From assembly GCA_043228905.1 (NCBI GenBank), contig JBHGNT010000010.1, forward strand, positions 11,098,001 to 11,162,000: a DNA stretch of 64,000 nucleotides, given 5' to 3'. The first letter of the stretch is position 1. Each line of letters begins with the position of its first letter. Under the pieces are notes generated by a model. It saw only the letters and a program-made list of their open reading frames with translations. It ran no database searches and was not told the origin of the DNA. The stretch comes from Azolla caroliniana (taxonomy: Eukaryota > Plantae > Polypodiophyta). Shown in pieces: positions 49,003 through 60,832 of this stretch. The position numbers and the translations under genes were made by a program.

Positions 49003-51687
49003 GCTACTCTGTTGATGTCTACTGCGACGGGTCCGTTGATGGCTGCTGCGGCGGCTCCTCCGTTTGTTGCTCTGACACCGGCGTCTCCATCATTGCTCCC
49101 TTCGTCGTACTGGTCTCCGGTTGACTGGTTCCGGGCTGGCCCTCAGCCGGCGACGGTTCCTCATCACTAAGGTTAACCGTTGCCGCTTCCCGTGCTTTTT
49201 CTTCCCGAACCCGGGACCGCTCGTAGCTTTCAAACTGGATTTGAGCGTCCAGCCTATCATCGTCTAGCTGAGCTACGAGCTGCCTGACCTGCGCTAGCTG
49301 TTCATCCGCCTGGACTTGGAAGTCGTCGGCCAGCTCGTCCCGTACGGCGGTGAAGTCCTCGGAAGTCAACGTATAACAATCATCTCCTTCCTTCCGCCGG
49401 TTTGCCCGTAGCAATTGGAGTTCCGCCGCGTTTTGTGCCCACTTTGTCCACCATCGTACGGAGCTTTCATCAATCAAGTGTTTTGTCTTTTTCAGCCATG
49501 CCCAGAGGATGGACTGAATCCGACCCGTTCCCAATTGCGATTTGGTTTCCGCTGCTTGCCGTTCCTCCTTCAGTTGCTTGATGATTTTGACGTTGTCTTC
49601 CGCCTGCTACTTGTAATGCGTCAATTGCCTTTGATATGTGCTTTGTAATTTCTGCAATACCGTTGATGCTCTCTCCTTTTCTTCCTGCTGCTGCCTCTGG
49701 AGCTCCATCCGGACCTTCTCCGCCTCGTCCAAGCGTCTTGTATTTTCCGCACGTTCGTCGGCGATCGCCGTCGCGGCCTGATCAACTTCCTGCTGGAGCT
49801 CAGCCATCCGTTCCTTATGCTCCGTTTCCAACCGTTTGTAGTCCCGGTGTAGGTGCTCAAAATCGTCTGTCTTTTGCTTGAGCCGTGCGTTGATCTGTCG
49901 ACGGGCCCGGTCCTCGCGGTCCTTCTGCTGGCGGAGCTCTTCCTTTAGCCGTTCAATTTCCGTTTCCGCCGTCTTCCGCAGCTTGTCCATTTCCTGCAGC
50001 ACTTTGTCTTTTTCCTCCCTTAGCCGGTCGTACGCTTGATGGCCTTTCCGGAGGCTCTCCTCTGCCCGGCGGAGGTTCTCAGCAGTCTTCTTTAATTCGG
50101 CTTCAACCGCTGTCTTCAATTCCCGTTCACGGCTCCTTAGCGCTTCTTGTGCGGCAAGTTCATCTCTCAATTCCGCAAGCTCCTGGGCTTGCGGCGCATC
50201 TCTCGCCGGAACGGTTTCCGTTGCCGGGGTCTTATAGGTATGTACAGGTCGATCCGTTTCTTTATTCTGTACACTTACCAGAGTCACCGGTGATTGGATT
50301 TGTGTTGCCGTTAAGGCCATTTTGGCCATCTCTGTTGTGACCTGATCCAAGTCTTTTTCAAGGCACTGGATTCTAAACCGAGCCGTCTCTAGTTGTTCGG
50401 TTGTGACGAGCAACCGTTCGCTTTGCGCTCTTTCTTCTGCCTCAATATACCCCACTGCTCCGGCTATCTGTTCGCCTATCCACCGGAGCCACAGGCTACC
50501 GGTGCATTGTTGTGCTTGCACAGAGGTTTGACAGCTGGGCTCACTTGTAGATGGGTGGTCCCGCCTGGTTGCGCCGAGTTGCAATTCCGTTTCTGCCCGT
50601 GGACCACCCTGTTGTCCTGGTTCCCCTTGCGCTTCTTTTTGGTTGGCCAAGGGAGGTTGCATTGACCTTTCCGGCTCTGGCAGGATGGGACTTGCCGGTG
50701 TTGCCGGTGGTGCCGGGGCTTCTGATTCCGGTGCCCTGCGCACCGGTTCCGGTTCCTTCCTTGGCGTGGGAGTCTCAGTATGGGGAGCCGGTGTTCCCTC
50801 CGTCTGAGGGTCCGAACGTTTCCCGGCTGCCTCAACGGTCCTTGCCGACAACCGGCGCTGGAGGTGCTCCGTAGGCTCCTCCTCTATTTCCTCTTCCTGA
50901 GTCCTGGCATTGAGTTTTGCCGCCAAGGGGTCCGCTTCTCTATTCACCGGTCGGCGAAGTGTAACCTTTACGGGCCATGCCGGTGGTTCCTCCTGCGCAT
51001 CCGTTGGCCGCTTCCGGCTGCCGCTCTCCTTTCCCACCTGTTCTACGTCCGCCGCCTTCCCCTTAGTAGCCTTAGAGGCCAACAACTGTTGTCTTTTGGA
51101 AGCCGTCTTTGGGGTTCCGTCAGCCATTCTTCGTCGCTTCTTGGGCTGGATGGGTGGCACAAGCAAGGTGAGCCATTGCGTTACAACGTGCCATATCCTC
51201 CGTCCGTCTCGGCCTTCTTTGCCGTCTTTGCCTCTGATGATCTCGATCGCCGCACACAACCCGTCTGCAATCAATACCGGCCAATCCACCTTGATCCCTT
51301 CATAGGTGGCGATGATCATCCCTGCCCGGTTCTGCGGCATGACAGGGGGTCTAGGGTACACATGGCCGTATTCGTGGAGCACACGAGCAATCTCGCGAAC
51401 AACATATCTCCGCCACCCTGTGTCTGGTAGCCCTTGCTGGCTAGGGAGTACTCACCAAAATACCTGATGAGTTGCTCTGGGGTTGGATTGTCAATCGTGA
51501 GTATGCCTCCCTCTGGGAGGCCTGTTAACGCTCGAATCGCCTTCGCCGTTATGACCTCTGTGTCGATTTCTTTGATCACCTTGTCGGCTTCTTTGTGTGG
51601 CGGTACTTCCATCATCATCAAGAAGCCCTCGAGCCTGTGTTGCTTTAGCCATGTCTTGGCAGCTTCCGACAGCGTTTGCGGGTCCAT
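48900..51687 (-). pseudogene. retrotransposon accessory ORF (~900 aa reconstructed): N-terminal globular domain, Pro/Glu linker, long coiled coil, polyQ/acidic tail
   Basis: Track ORFs 51316-51687, 49607-51382 and 49019-49534 join through one frameshift (~51390) and in-frame TAG stops (49607, 49019, ~49004). (CAA)n at 48967-49003 is in frame as polyQ. Confidence 0.72.
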
Positions 51688-52043
51688 GTCTGTGTCGAGG
51701 TCGGATTGCGGTGGCGAGGTTGGATGGTGATGAGAGTGAGATTGAGAGAGAGAGAGTTCAGAAGGCAGGGGTTCTCTGTGCGTAGGTTCTCTTCTGATGA
51801 TCTTGCAGCGGCCTTGGTGCTTCTGTGCTCCTGGGTTCGCGAAAGTAAAGGGTCTCCACGCGCAGTGGTTTTTCTCTGTGCATTTTGGCGCCTTTTTCGA
51901 GTGTGTGCATGTCGTGTACTAAAATAGCATTATGTCATGTGGTGGCGCTTTAAATGCCCACTACGTACCTTTTCGCTCCTCGCTCTTTCATCCATTCATT
52001 CCTCGCTTTTGCATGATTACTTCGTTTTTTTATTATTTATTTA

Positions 52044-52075
<32 letters not shown>

Positions 52076-53047
52076 GTGTGACGTTACTTGTCCGTTGGTC
52101 CTCTCGGACCCTTACCGGCCTCATTCTCCCCAGTTACCGGCTCGCCGTCTCTGCCGTCTTGGTGGTTTCCGTTTCCCTCACTGGTGTCAGTCCTTTGCTC
52201 AAATGGGTTCTTAGGCATCGGTCCTCTATATGGCTTCAATCGGAATCCGTTGACCCATTTGCCTAGCACTTCGCCGGCAAGTGTCCCTAATTGGTAGGAC
52301 CCATTATACTCACGTGTTAGCCAATACGGTCCGGTCCATCTAAACCATAGTTTACCCGGCATCTTGCCCATTCGGGTCTGAAATACTAACACCGGTTTGC
52401 CGATTGCGAACATTTTTTCGTTTCCTTTCCTGTGCCGGTCGACAAATGCTTTCCGTCGCCGTTGTTCCAATTCTAGTGTAGGATGCTTGCCAGTCGTTGT
52501 TCCTCGAGTTCACACAACGCTGTTAACCGTATTGCCTCCGACTCCTTCTCTTAGGGCAATTGGCCGACGACTCCTGGATCTATCTGATTGTGTATGTCGA
52601 CGACACACTCATTGTCGGAAGCAATTGAGCAGAGATCGGAGAATTAAAGTGGAGCCTTCATGACAAGTTTGTGAAGAAGGAACACATATTGGGCATGTGG
52701 ATTGAGCAAAATCAGACAACAAAGACACTCTGGTATTCCCAGTCCGACCACATGAGAAAGGTGTTGAGACGGCTCAACATGGAGAATGCCAAACTAGCAC
52801 CAACCTTGCTTTTGACGTTGTTCAGACTATCAGACAAAGACTCTTCATTGACCGATGAGGAGAGAGAGCTCAATGGAAAAATACCCTAGGCGTCAACCGT
52901 AGGCAAAGATCCAACTGACTCAAACAAACCAACCTTGATGACTAGCCGGATCAGGTTGGACACGGACTTCACCTTTGCGAACTCCTTATGGGGGAGATAA
53001 CCCCTTACCATTGTATGTAAAAAGAGTAGTCCTTTTACGGGGGAGTT

Positions 53048-53173
53048 TGTTGGCATAAAAGGCCGACTCCTTCCATCTTGTATCCTTACTAGTGTGAACA
53101 CGTCCAATAGCTAGGCTTGAGTATATAAGCCCTAACCTAACATTGTAATAATTGACCTTGCATCTTGAGTCTC

Positions 53174-53213
<40 letters not shown>

Positions 53214-53346
53214 AGAATAACGAGAACCTCCATTGAAGCTTCCATCTATGTCGATCCACTGTTTCTTCTCATTGTGCATTTTTGTGTTGTTTGTTGTACA
53301 CAAGTTGACAAGTCCTCATCCGTTCTTCTGCGCATATCTGTTCACA
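53048..53346 (+). repeat. copia LTR shared by two tandem units (PPT before it, PBS after it)
   Basis: GGGGGAGTT|TGTTGGCATAAAAGG...GTTCACA|AC TGGTATTAGAG; contains (GA)n at ~53176-53208. Confidence 0.88.
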
Positions 53347-53922
53347 ACTGGTATTAGAGAGATCTACTGTTCGGCGGTGACGAATAGCAGAAAAGTCAAG
53401 AAGAGGAAACTCAATAGCTGAACGAAAAGACCAGGTCAGTTAAATCTTACTTCCAAAAGGGAATATGGCTTCAACATCTAGTACACGAGTTGAGATCCGA
53501 AAGTTTGATGGAAAAAACTTTGCCCTATGGAAGGAGATGATGCAAAATGTGTTCATCATTAGAAGACAGGTTGAAGCCATTTGCAACAGTGAAAAACCTG
53601 CTTTGATGATAGCCGAAGAGTAGAGATCCATAGACAAAACCATGCACTCCACCATCCAAATGCATCTAGCCGAAAACGTTAGCATGGCCAAGGAGACGAC
53701 AACATTCTTGTTATGGGAGAAGCTGAAAGCTGTGTCTGAAAAGAAGTCCTCGTCTTCGAAATTGATACTGATCAGACAACTGTTCAATGTGAAGATGAGA
53801 GAAACCGATCCAACCACCTCCCACATCAACACCTTCATTCGGGTGTTGTTTGAAGTCTCCTCCCAAGGGATTAACTTCGAACAAGAAGTGAAAGCCCTTG
53901 CCCTCCTATCAAGCTTGCCAGT

Positions 53923-54500
53923 GAGTTGGGAGGTATTCTACATGACATTCGCCAATAGCCGACCAAATCTAAATCTAGAGGAAACAATCGGCCAAGTTCT
54001 CATGGAGGACATTCGAAGAAAATCGATGGAACTCACCATTGACGAGTCGGCAAAAGCCCACCACTTGACCGAGTCAATAGACCAATTCAGTCGATCAAGA
54101 GAACAAGCAGACAAAACCGGACAACGAGTTGGGAGGTATTCTGCACGAAATTCGCCAATAGACGACCAAATCTAAATCTAGAGGAAACAGTCGGCCAAGT
54201 CCTCATGGAAGAAATTCAACGAAAATCAATGAGACTCACCATCGACGAGTCGGCAAAAGCCCACCACTTCACCGAGTCGATAGACCAATTCAGTCGATCG
54301 AGAGAACAAGCAGACAGAACCGGACAACGAGTTGGGAGGTATTCTGCACGACATTCGCTAATACCCAACCAAATCTAAATCTAAAGGAAACAGTTGGCCA
54401 AGTTCTCATGGAGGACATTCGGCGAAAATCAATGGGACTCACTATGGACGAGTCGGCAAAAGCCTACCACTTGACCGAGTCAATCGACCAATTCAAGTTG
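53923..54500 (+). repeat. 203-bp tandem triplication within C2 gag
   Basis: GAGTTGGGAGGTATTCT starts at 53923, 54126 and 54329. Confidence 0.9.
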
Positions 54501-57500
54501 ACAGAACCGGTCGGAATTCCAATCGGTCAAGAACAAGGGCATACCAACAACGATCGAAGTCATGAAATAGCCGACCAAGCGACTTTTGCACCCATTGCAG
54601 AAAAGCCAGTCACAATGTTTTCGACTGCTGGTCGATCAAGAGGAAAGAGAGTGGTCGACAATCCGAGTGGAATCGAGCCAGGTCAATATTGCCGACACCC
54701 GATCAGGAGCAATCTTCTCCTTAGAGGACTCGATGATCGGAGAAGTCCTCCACAGTGCACAAGATGCACACACATGGTTACTAGATTTCGGTGCCACATT
54801 CCACATGACCCCTAATATCTATGATTTTTCGAACTATTCGGTCGGAGCTAGCGGCACAATCCGATTAGGCAATGGGCAGGAATGCAAAATCGCCAGAGTC
54901 GGCGATGTACTAATCCAATTGTGGAATGGCAACATGATAATCGTCACCAAGTCCGGCATGTACCCGCACTAAAAAGGAGTCTGGTCTCCATCGGCATGTT
55001 AGCCGAAGACGGGTATCGAATGACTCTCAATGAGTTGACATGGATGATCAGTCGTGGAAACCTAAAAGTAGGAAGCGGACAAGTACAACAACTTGTATCC
55101 AATGATAGTGATCAATCTAGAAGGGTTCGTGAACGTAGCCAAAAATACTGACCCGAACTTATAGCATGTACGACTTGGCCATATGTCTAAAGCTAGACTT
55201 GATCGGCTAATGGCGGTCGGCTACATCCCAAAACTCCAAGCAAAGACAGACTTCTGCGAGCATTGTCGATATGGGAAACAGACCTGAAGTCCACACTCTC
55301 TCCATTATGAGACAATACGACAACCCCTAGAGCTCATGCATATATATGTGGGACCATGCCTCAATGATCACTAGGTGGCCCCTAGTACTTCATCACATTT
55401 GTAGATGATTGTACATGGAAGTTTTGGGCCTATTCGATTAGGTTGAAAGATGAAGCGCTCGAGTTCTTCACGTGGTGGATAGTTGAAGTGGAGAACCGAT
55501 CAAGTTACAGAGTGAAGACACTCTGATCCGACAACAGAGCTGAGTACACCTCCCGAGCCTTCAAACAATACTTGTCCGACAAAGGGATCAGACATCAAAA
55601 CACCATTCCATACACACCCATGCAAAATGGACTGGCAGAATAGATCAACCAAATGATCCAAGAGAGGGTGACAACAATGCTCCAACAAGCCAAACTAAAG
55701 CTGGAATTCTGGGCCAAAGCATTGCAGACAACAATCTACCTGATAAATCTATCGTCGTCAAAAGCAATCACGATCGATGTGTCACAGGAACTATGGTCGG
55801 GTAAATAGCCGACCTATGATAGACTTCATATATTCGGATGCGAAGCCTACACTTTTATCCCCAAGGAGAAAAGGACTAAGTTGGCACCACATGCAACGAA
55901 ATGCATATTTCTCGGTTATGGAACCGATCGGGAATTCGGCTACAGACTATGGGACCCTGAGAACCGAAAATTGATCCGGAGTAGTGAAGTAGTCTTCAAT
56001 GAGGACTCTATCCTCTCTGAGTAGAGCCAACAAAAAATAGTTGGTAAAAAGGTATCCTTCGAAATCAACAGACCGTCCCATCGGGCTGAATCGGAGATTT
56101 GACAACTAGTCAAACTCGAAGGCCAAGCCATCAAAGACAAAGTTGAATCGAGAAGAGTCGAAAAAGGCAAAGTTGACAAGGTGCGCGTCGGAATCGACAA
56201 AGTCGACCTGACCGAAACACCTAATGCCAAAGAGAAAAACAGACTCGAGTCGGCTATGTATCCTACCTCGAGCTCAATCAATCCCGAAGATGGGGAGGGT
56301 GATGAGACATCGTTGAAATCCTATCACAAGGGTGAGTCATTCAACAAGACTCCTGATATAAGTGGTTCAAAAAGTGTCGATCGACCGATAGAGATGATCG
56401 AAGGATCCGAACCGATCAATACGGCATCTAAGAGATCTGGATGCAATCGAAGGCCAACAGAGTTTTACCAACCGGACCTCAACTAGGTCAGCTACACCGA
56501 TGCAGGCAAACCAAGTATATATGAAGAAGTTATAGCCACAATGGACGCCAATACATGGCTACAAGATATGAGATTTGAGATGGACTCGATTCATCAGAAT
56601 CATACCTTGGGAGTTGGTCGAACTACTAGATGGAAGAAAGCGGCTACCTTGCAAATGGGTATTTTTATACAAATGTGTATCTGATTTAGAGAAGCCCAAA
56701 TACAAAGCTCGGCTCGTCACAAAGGGGTTCAAACAAAAATATGGGGTTGACTCTAGCGAGATATTCTCTCCAGTCATCAAGATGACCACCCTTCGGCTCC
56801 TACTACGGGTTGTGGTGATAGAAGACCCAGAGCTTGAGTAGATGGACGTAAAGACGACGTTCCTACATGGAGATATGGAAGAAGACATTTACATGTCTCA
56901 ACCGGCAAGCTTCACGACGATGGGGGAGGAAAGTCACCATGTATCTTGATTGAAGAAAAGCCTTTATGGCTTAAAACAAGTTTCGAGGATGTGGTACCAA
57001 AAGTTCGACTCCTGATCTGACTCTGACCCATGTATGTATACTCGGCAACTGGCTAACGAGTCCCGGATCTATCTAATCCTATATGTCAACGACATGCTAA
57101 TTGCAAGAAGCAATCAAGCCAGAATCGGAAAGCTAAAGCGAAGTCTTCACGAAAAGTTTGTGATGATGGAACGAAAGTCAACATCAGGCTACATCTTCAC
57201 CCCTAGCGGCGATGCCATATCGTGGAGGTCAAAGTTGCAAGAGTGCACAACCGTGTCTACCATAGAGGCTGAGTACATAGCAACAATCTAGCTGCATCGA
57301 TTGTCAGCCGATTTCTCAACGACAAGTCAAATCGACCACCCAACACACCAACACGTTTTCCGATGCGATCTGACTATCGAACAAAGACTCGACGTCGACA
57401 GATAAGGAGAGAGAGCTAAATCGAAAGATATGCTACGCATCTGCCGTAGGAAGTATCATGTATGGGACGGTGGTGACCCGACCTGATCTTGCCTATGCTG

Positions 57501-58155
57501 TAGGGGTGGGTAGCCGGTACATGTCAAACCAAGGACGGAAGCACATATTCAGGTATCTAAGAGGGACTGAAGATGCACAGATGACTTTCGGATCAACAAA
57601 GCCGACCGAAGTAGAAGGCTACACCAACTCGGACTATGCCGGGAATTTGGACAATTTGAAGTCGACATCAGGCTACATCTTTACTTATGATGGCGGCACC
57701 ATATCATGGAGGTCGAAGATGTAAGAGTGCACAACCCTGACTACCATAGAGGCTGACTACATAGCAGCATCAGAAGCAGCCAAGGAAGCAATCTAGCAGC
57801 ATCGATTGCTAACCGATTTCTTAGTGACAAATCAAATCGACCACCTAGTGCCGACGATCTATTGAGACTCACAGAGCACAATACACCTCATTTGGAACCC
57901 ATTCTACCACGCGAAGACGAAACACATTGAGGTGCGGTATCATCATATCCGGGAGCTTGTAACCGAGAAGAAGCTTGAAGTCAAGAAGATTGACACGGAG
58001 GTGAACATCACCTATTGTCTGATGAAGCCACTCCCAGATGAACTCTTCGGAGCATAAGGACAAAGATGGGACTACGACAAGCGACTGAGTAGAAGAAAGG
58101 CAAACAAGGAGTAGAAGGTAAGTCAGAGATCCGACCGACTCAAACAAACCAACCC

Positions 58156-58423
58156 TGGCATAAAAGGCCGACTTCTTCGATCTTGTATCCTTACTAGTGT
58201 GAACACGTCCAATAGCTAGGGCTTCAGTATATAAGCCTAACATTGTAATAATTGATCTTGCATCTTGTGTTTTTGAGAGAGGGAGAGTTACAGAATAACA
58301 AGAACCTCCATTGAAGCTTCCATCTCTATTGATCTACTGTTTCTTCTCATTGTGCATGCATATATGTGTTGTTTGTTCACAAACTGACAGGTCCTCACCC
58401 GTTCTTCCGCGCATATCTGTTCA
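58156..58423 (+). repeat. copia LTR remnant lacking its 5' TG end and PPT
   Basis: TGGCATAAAAGGCCGAC...CATATCTGTTCA closely matches 53051-53344. Confidence 0.85.
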
Positions 58424-59003
58424 TAGTATCATGTACACAATGCTGGCAATCCAACCCGAACTTGCATATGTCGTAAGGGTCATCGGACGATACATGTTGA
58501 ACCAAGGATGGAAGCATAGGGAGGCTGTCAAGAACAACTTCATATATCTACGAGGATCTGAAGATGCACAATTGACTTTCAGATAAGCAAATCCAACCAA
58601 AGTCGAAGGCTATATAGACTCCGACTATGCCAACAATTTGGACAATCGGAAGCCAACATCAGGATATATATTCACCTATGGTGGCGGTGCCATATCATGG
58701 AGGTCGAAATTGCAGGAGTGCACGACCTTGTTAACAACAAAGGCTGAGTACATTGCCACGTTAGAAGCAATAAAGGAAGCAATCTGGCTGCACTGACTCT
58801 ACGCTGACTTCTCATCAAAAAGAAAAATTGACCATCCAACATTGACCATCTATTGCGACTCACAAAGTGCAATACACCTCATTCAGAATCCTGTCTACCA
58901 TGCAAAGAAGAAACACATCGATGTGCAGTTTCATCAAATTCGGGAGCTTATAACGGAAAAGAAGCTCGACGTCCAAAAGATAGATACCGAGGTGAACATT
59001 GCC

Positions 59004-60832
59004 GTAACATACTCCCCCTTTTTAAAAGATTGCACTCTTGCAATGAAAAGTTAGGGAAGTTAGTTCTAAGAGTATTTTCTGGTTCCCATGTGGCATCTCT
59101 TATAGATTTATCCATGCATTTAATATTAAATTCTTGGATTATTTTAGAATGCAAATTTTTCGTTTTAACATTGAGAATTCTCTCTGGTACATGTGGTTTA
59201 GAAGCTAATTCTTCAAAAGTAACCAGAGTTTCAATTCTCATTGTATTGTCACCAAAACCAAGAAGTTCTTTTAGACGAGTTACATGAAAAACTGGATGCA
59301 TTTCAACACCATCAGGAAGAGAAAAATGATAGGCTGATGAACCAATGCGTTTGAGGACTGTAAAAGGTCCACAAAACCATAGCGCTAACTTAGCACACTT
59401 ACATGTAGACAATGTCTTAGAATTGTGAGGTATATGTAAAAATACCTTCTATCCTAGATTGAATACACGAGGTTGCCTATTATGATCGACATAAAATGCA
59501 TTGTATATTGAGCTGTTTTTATATTACCTCATGCAATATGAAACATATCTTGCATATCCCGAATAAAGTTTTGCATACTTCACAACTCATCATGATGTAT
59601 ATTAACATCAATCGGGGTTTGTGGCTGAAAACCGTACATCAACGTAAATGGAGTATATCTCATCAATGTATGTTTGGAGCTGTTATAAGCAAACTCCAAA
59701 ATCAGGAGATAACGTTCCCATTTTGTTGGTTTTACACCAATGTATGCTCGAAGAATGTCCTTAGTAATTTGATTTACTCATTCTGTCTGTCCATCGGACT
59801 GAGGATGATCTGTGGAGCTCATGCTCAATGTAGTGTCTAGCTTCTTAAAGACTTGCGTCCAAAAGTCGCTAGTAAACTTTGGATCTCAATCATGCATGAT
59901 ATCCATCACTAACCCTTAAAAAAGAAATAACTCATCTCGATCACTCATGTTTGGAGTTGTTATAAGCAAACTCCAAAATCGGGAGATAACGTTCCCATTT
60001 TGTTGGTTTTACACCAATTTATGGTCGAAGAATGTCCTTAGTAATTTGATTTACTCATTCTGTCTGTCCATCGGACTGAGGATGATCCGTGGAGCTCATG
60101 CTCAATGTAGTTTCTAGCTTCTTAAAGACTTGTGTCCAAAAGTCGCTAGTAAACTTTGGATCTCGATCACTCATGATATCCATCACTAACCCTTAAAAAA
60201 GAAATAACTCATCAACGAATTAGTACACCAATTCAGGTGTCGTTACTGTGGTTTTACTAGCAATAAATTTGGCCATTTTAGTTAGTCTATCAACCACAAA
60301 CCAAATGACATCATGGACTTTTTCCAAGGATATACTTTCCCATTTACTGTGGGAATTTCCAAGGGATGTAAAAGTCCAACGCCTTTGTTAACCTGACATT
60401 GGCAGTAGAATTGAGTGGAGATGGGAACGAGTGTGCAATGTATTCCAGGGTGCCCTACTAAGGGTGCATCATGGCATTAAAAAAGAATTCTCTTTTTGAC
60501 CTCATGCAAATCTGGAACACAAACCTTCCCATTACGGTAGAGCAGACCATTAACAATGTGGAAGGATTCCTTCGAGGTTGTGGTGATACTCAACTCTTGC
60601 CTAATATTTTCCAAAATAACTGTCATCAGGATACTTTCCTCGAAGGTGATCATAAAGATCTAACGTTATTTCAGTGAAGCTAAGCATGTTATATTCACGA
60701 ATGCGACTAAGTGAATCAACGACAATGTTAATAGAACCTTTACGATATTTTATGGAAAAATCTAAGTCCTAGATGAGATTTGGCTATCATGCCTTCCGAC
60801 CTTTGAGATCTTGTTGGTCCGTAGTTACCACA
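59004..60832 (-). mobile_element. chromovirus integrase/chromodomain relic of the same family as 31956-38982
   Basis: ORF 58948-59412 (CAKLA..FCGPF..PERIL..DATWE..LQECNLLK) parallels 32435-32857. Only GTAACA of the LTR remains next to the PPT. An internal 277-bp tandem duplication starts at 59670 and 59947. Confidence 0.88.

Larger units (their letters stand above)
48414..52660 (-). mobile_element. 3' half of an Athila/Tat-like Ty3/gypsy element with an extra ORF between integrase and the 3' LTR
   Basis: Integrase C-terminus 52084-52470 (GKLWFRWTGPY..GSYQL..VNGFRLKPY), extra ORF 51687 to ~48900, PPT AAGTAGTAGGAATGGGGT at ~48782-48799, LTR 48414-48781 (TGTAA...TAACA). Inserted at DSDPC of the copia RT; the 5' part is deleted. 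Confidence 0.8.
30349..53346 (+). mobile_element. Ty1/copia element C1, degenerate, carrying at least four nested insertions
   Basis: 5' LTR 30349-30599 (TGTTGGCATAAAAGG...CAACA) and PBS TGGTATCAGAG at 30602. gag 30710-31360, protease ~31535, integrase pieces 38983-39516 and 46639-46900, RT pieces 47520-47717, 48155-48413 and 52660-52890, PPT GGGGGAG at ~53039, LTR 53048-53346. The pieces rejoin colinearly with the sister unit at 53349-58100. Confidence 0.8.
53048..59003 (+). mobile_element. Ty1/copia unit C2 (same family as C1), degenerate and internally rearranged
   Basis: gag from 53465 (EIRKFDGKNFALWK), protease WLLDFGATFHM ~54775, integrase 55150-56000, RT 56550-57170 ([24 protein letters not shown]), RNaseH copies at ~57170, 57600-58050 and 58610-59003, LTR remnant ~58156-58423. 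Confidence 0.88.

Noticed and set aside
48900-51687. Calling the extra ORF an envelope gene
   Set aside because: The position fits, but no signal peptide or transmembrane helix is visible, and the composition is charged coiled coil.
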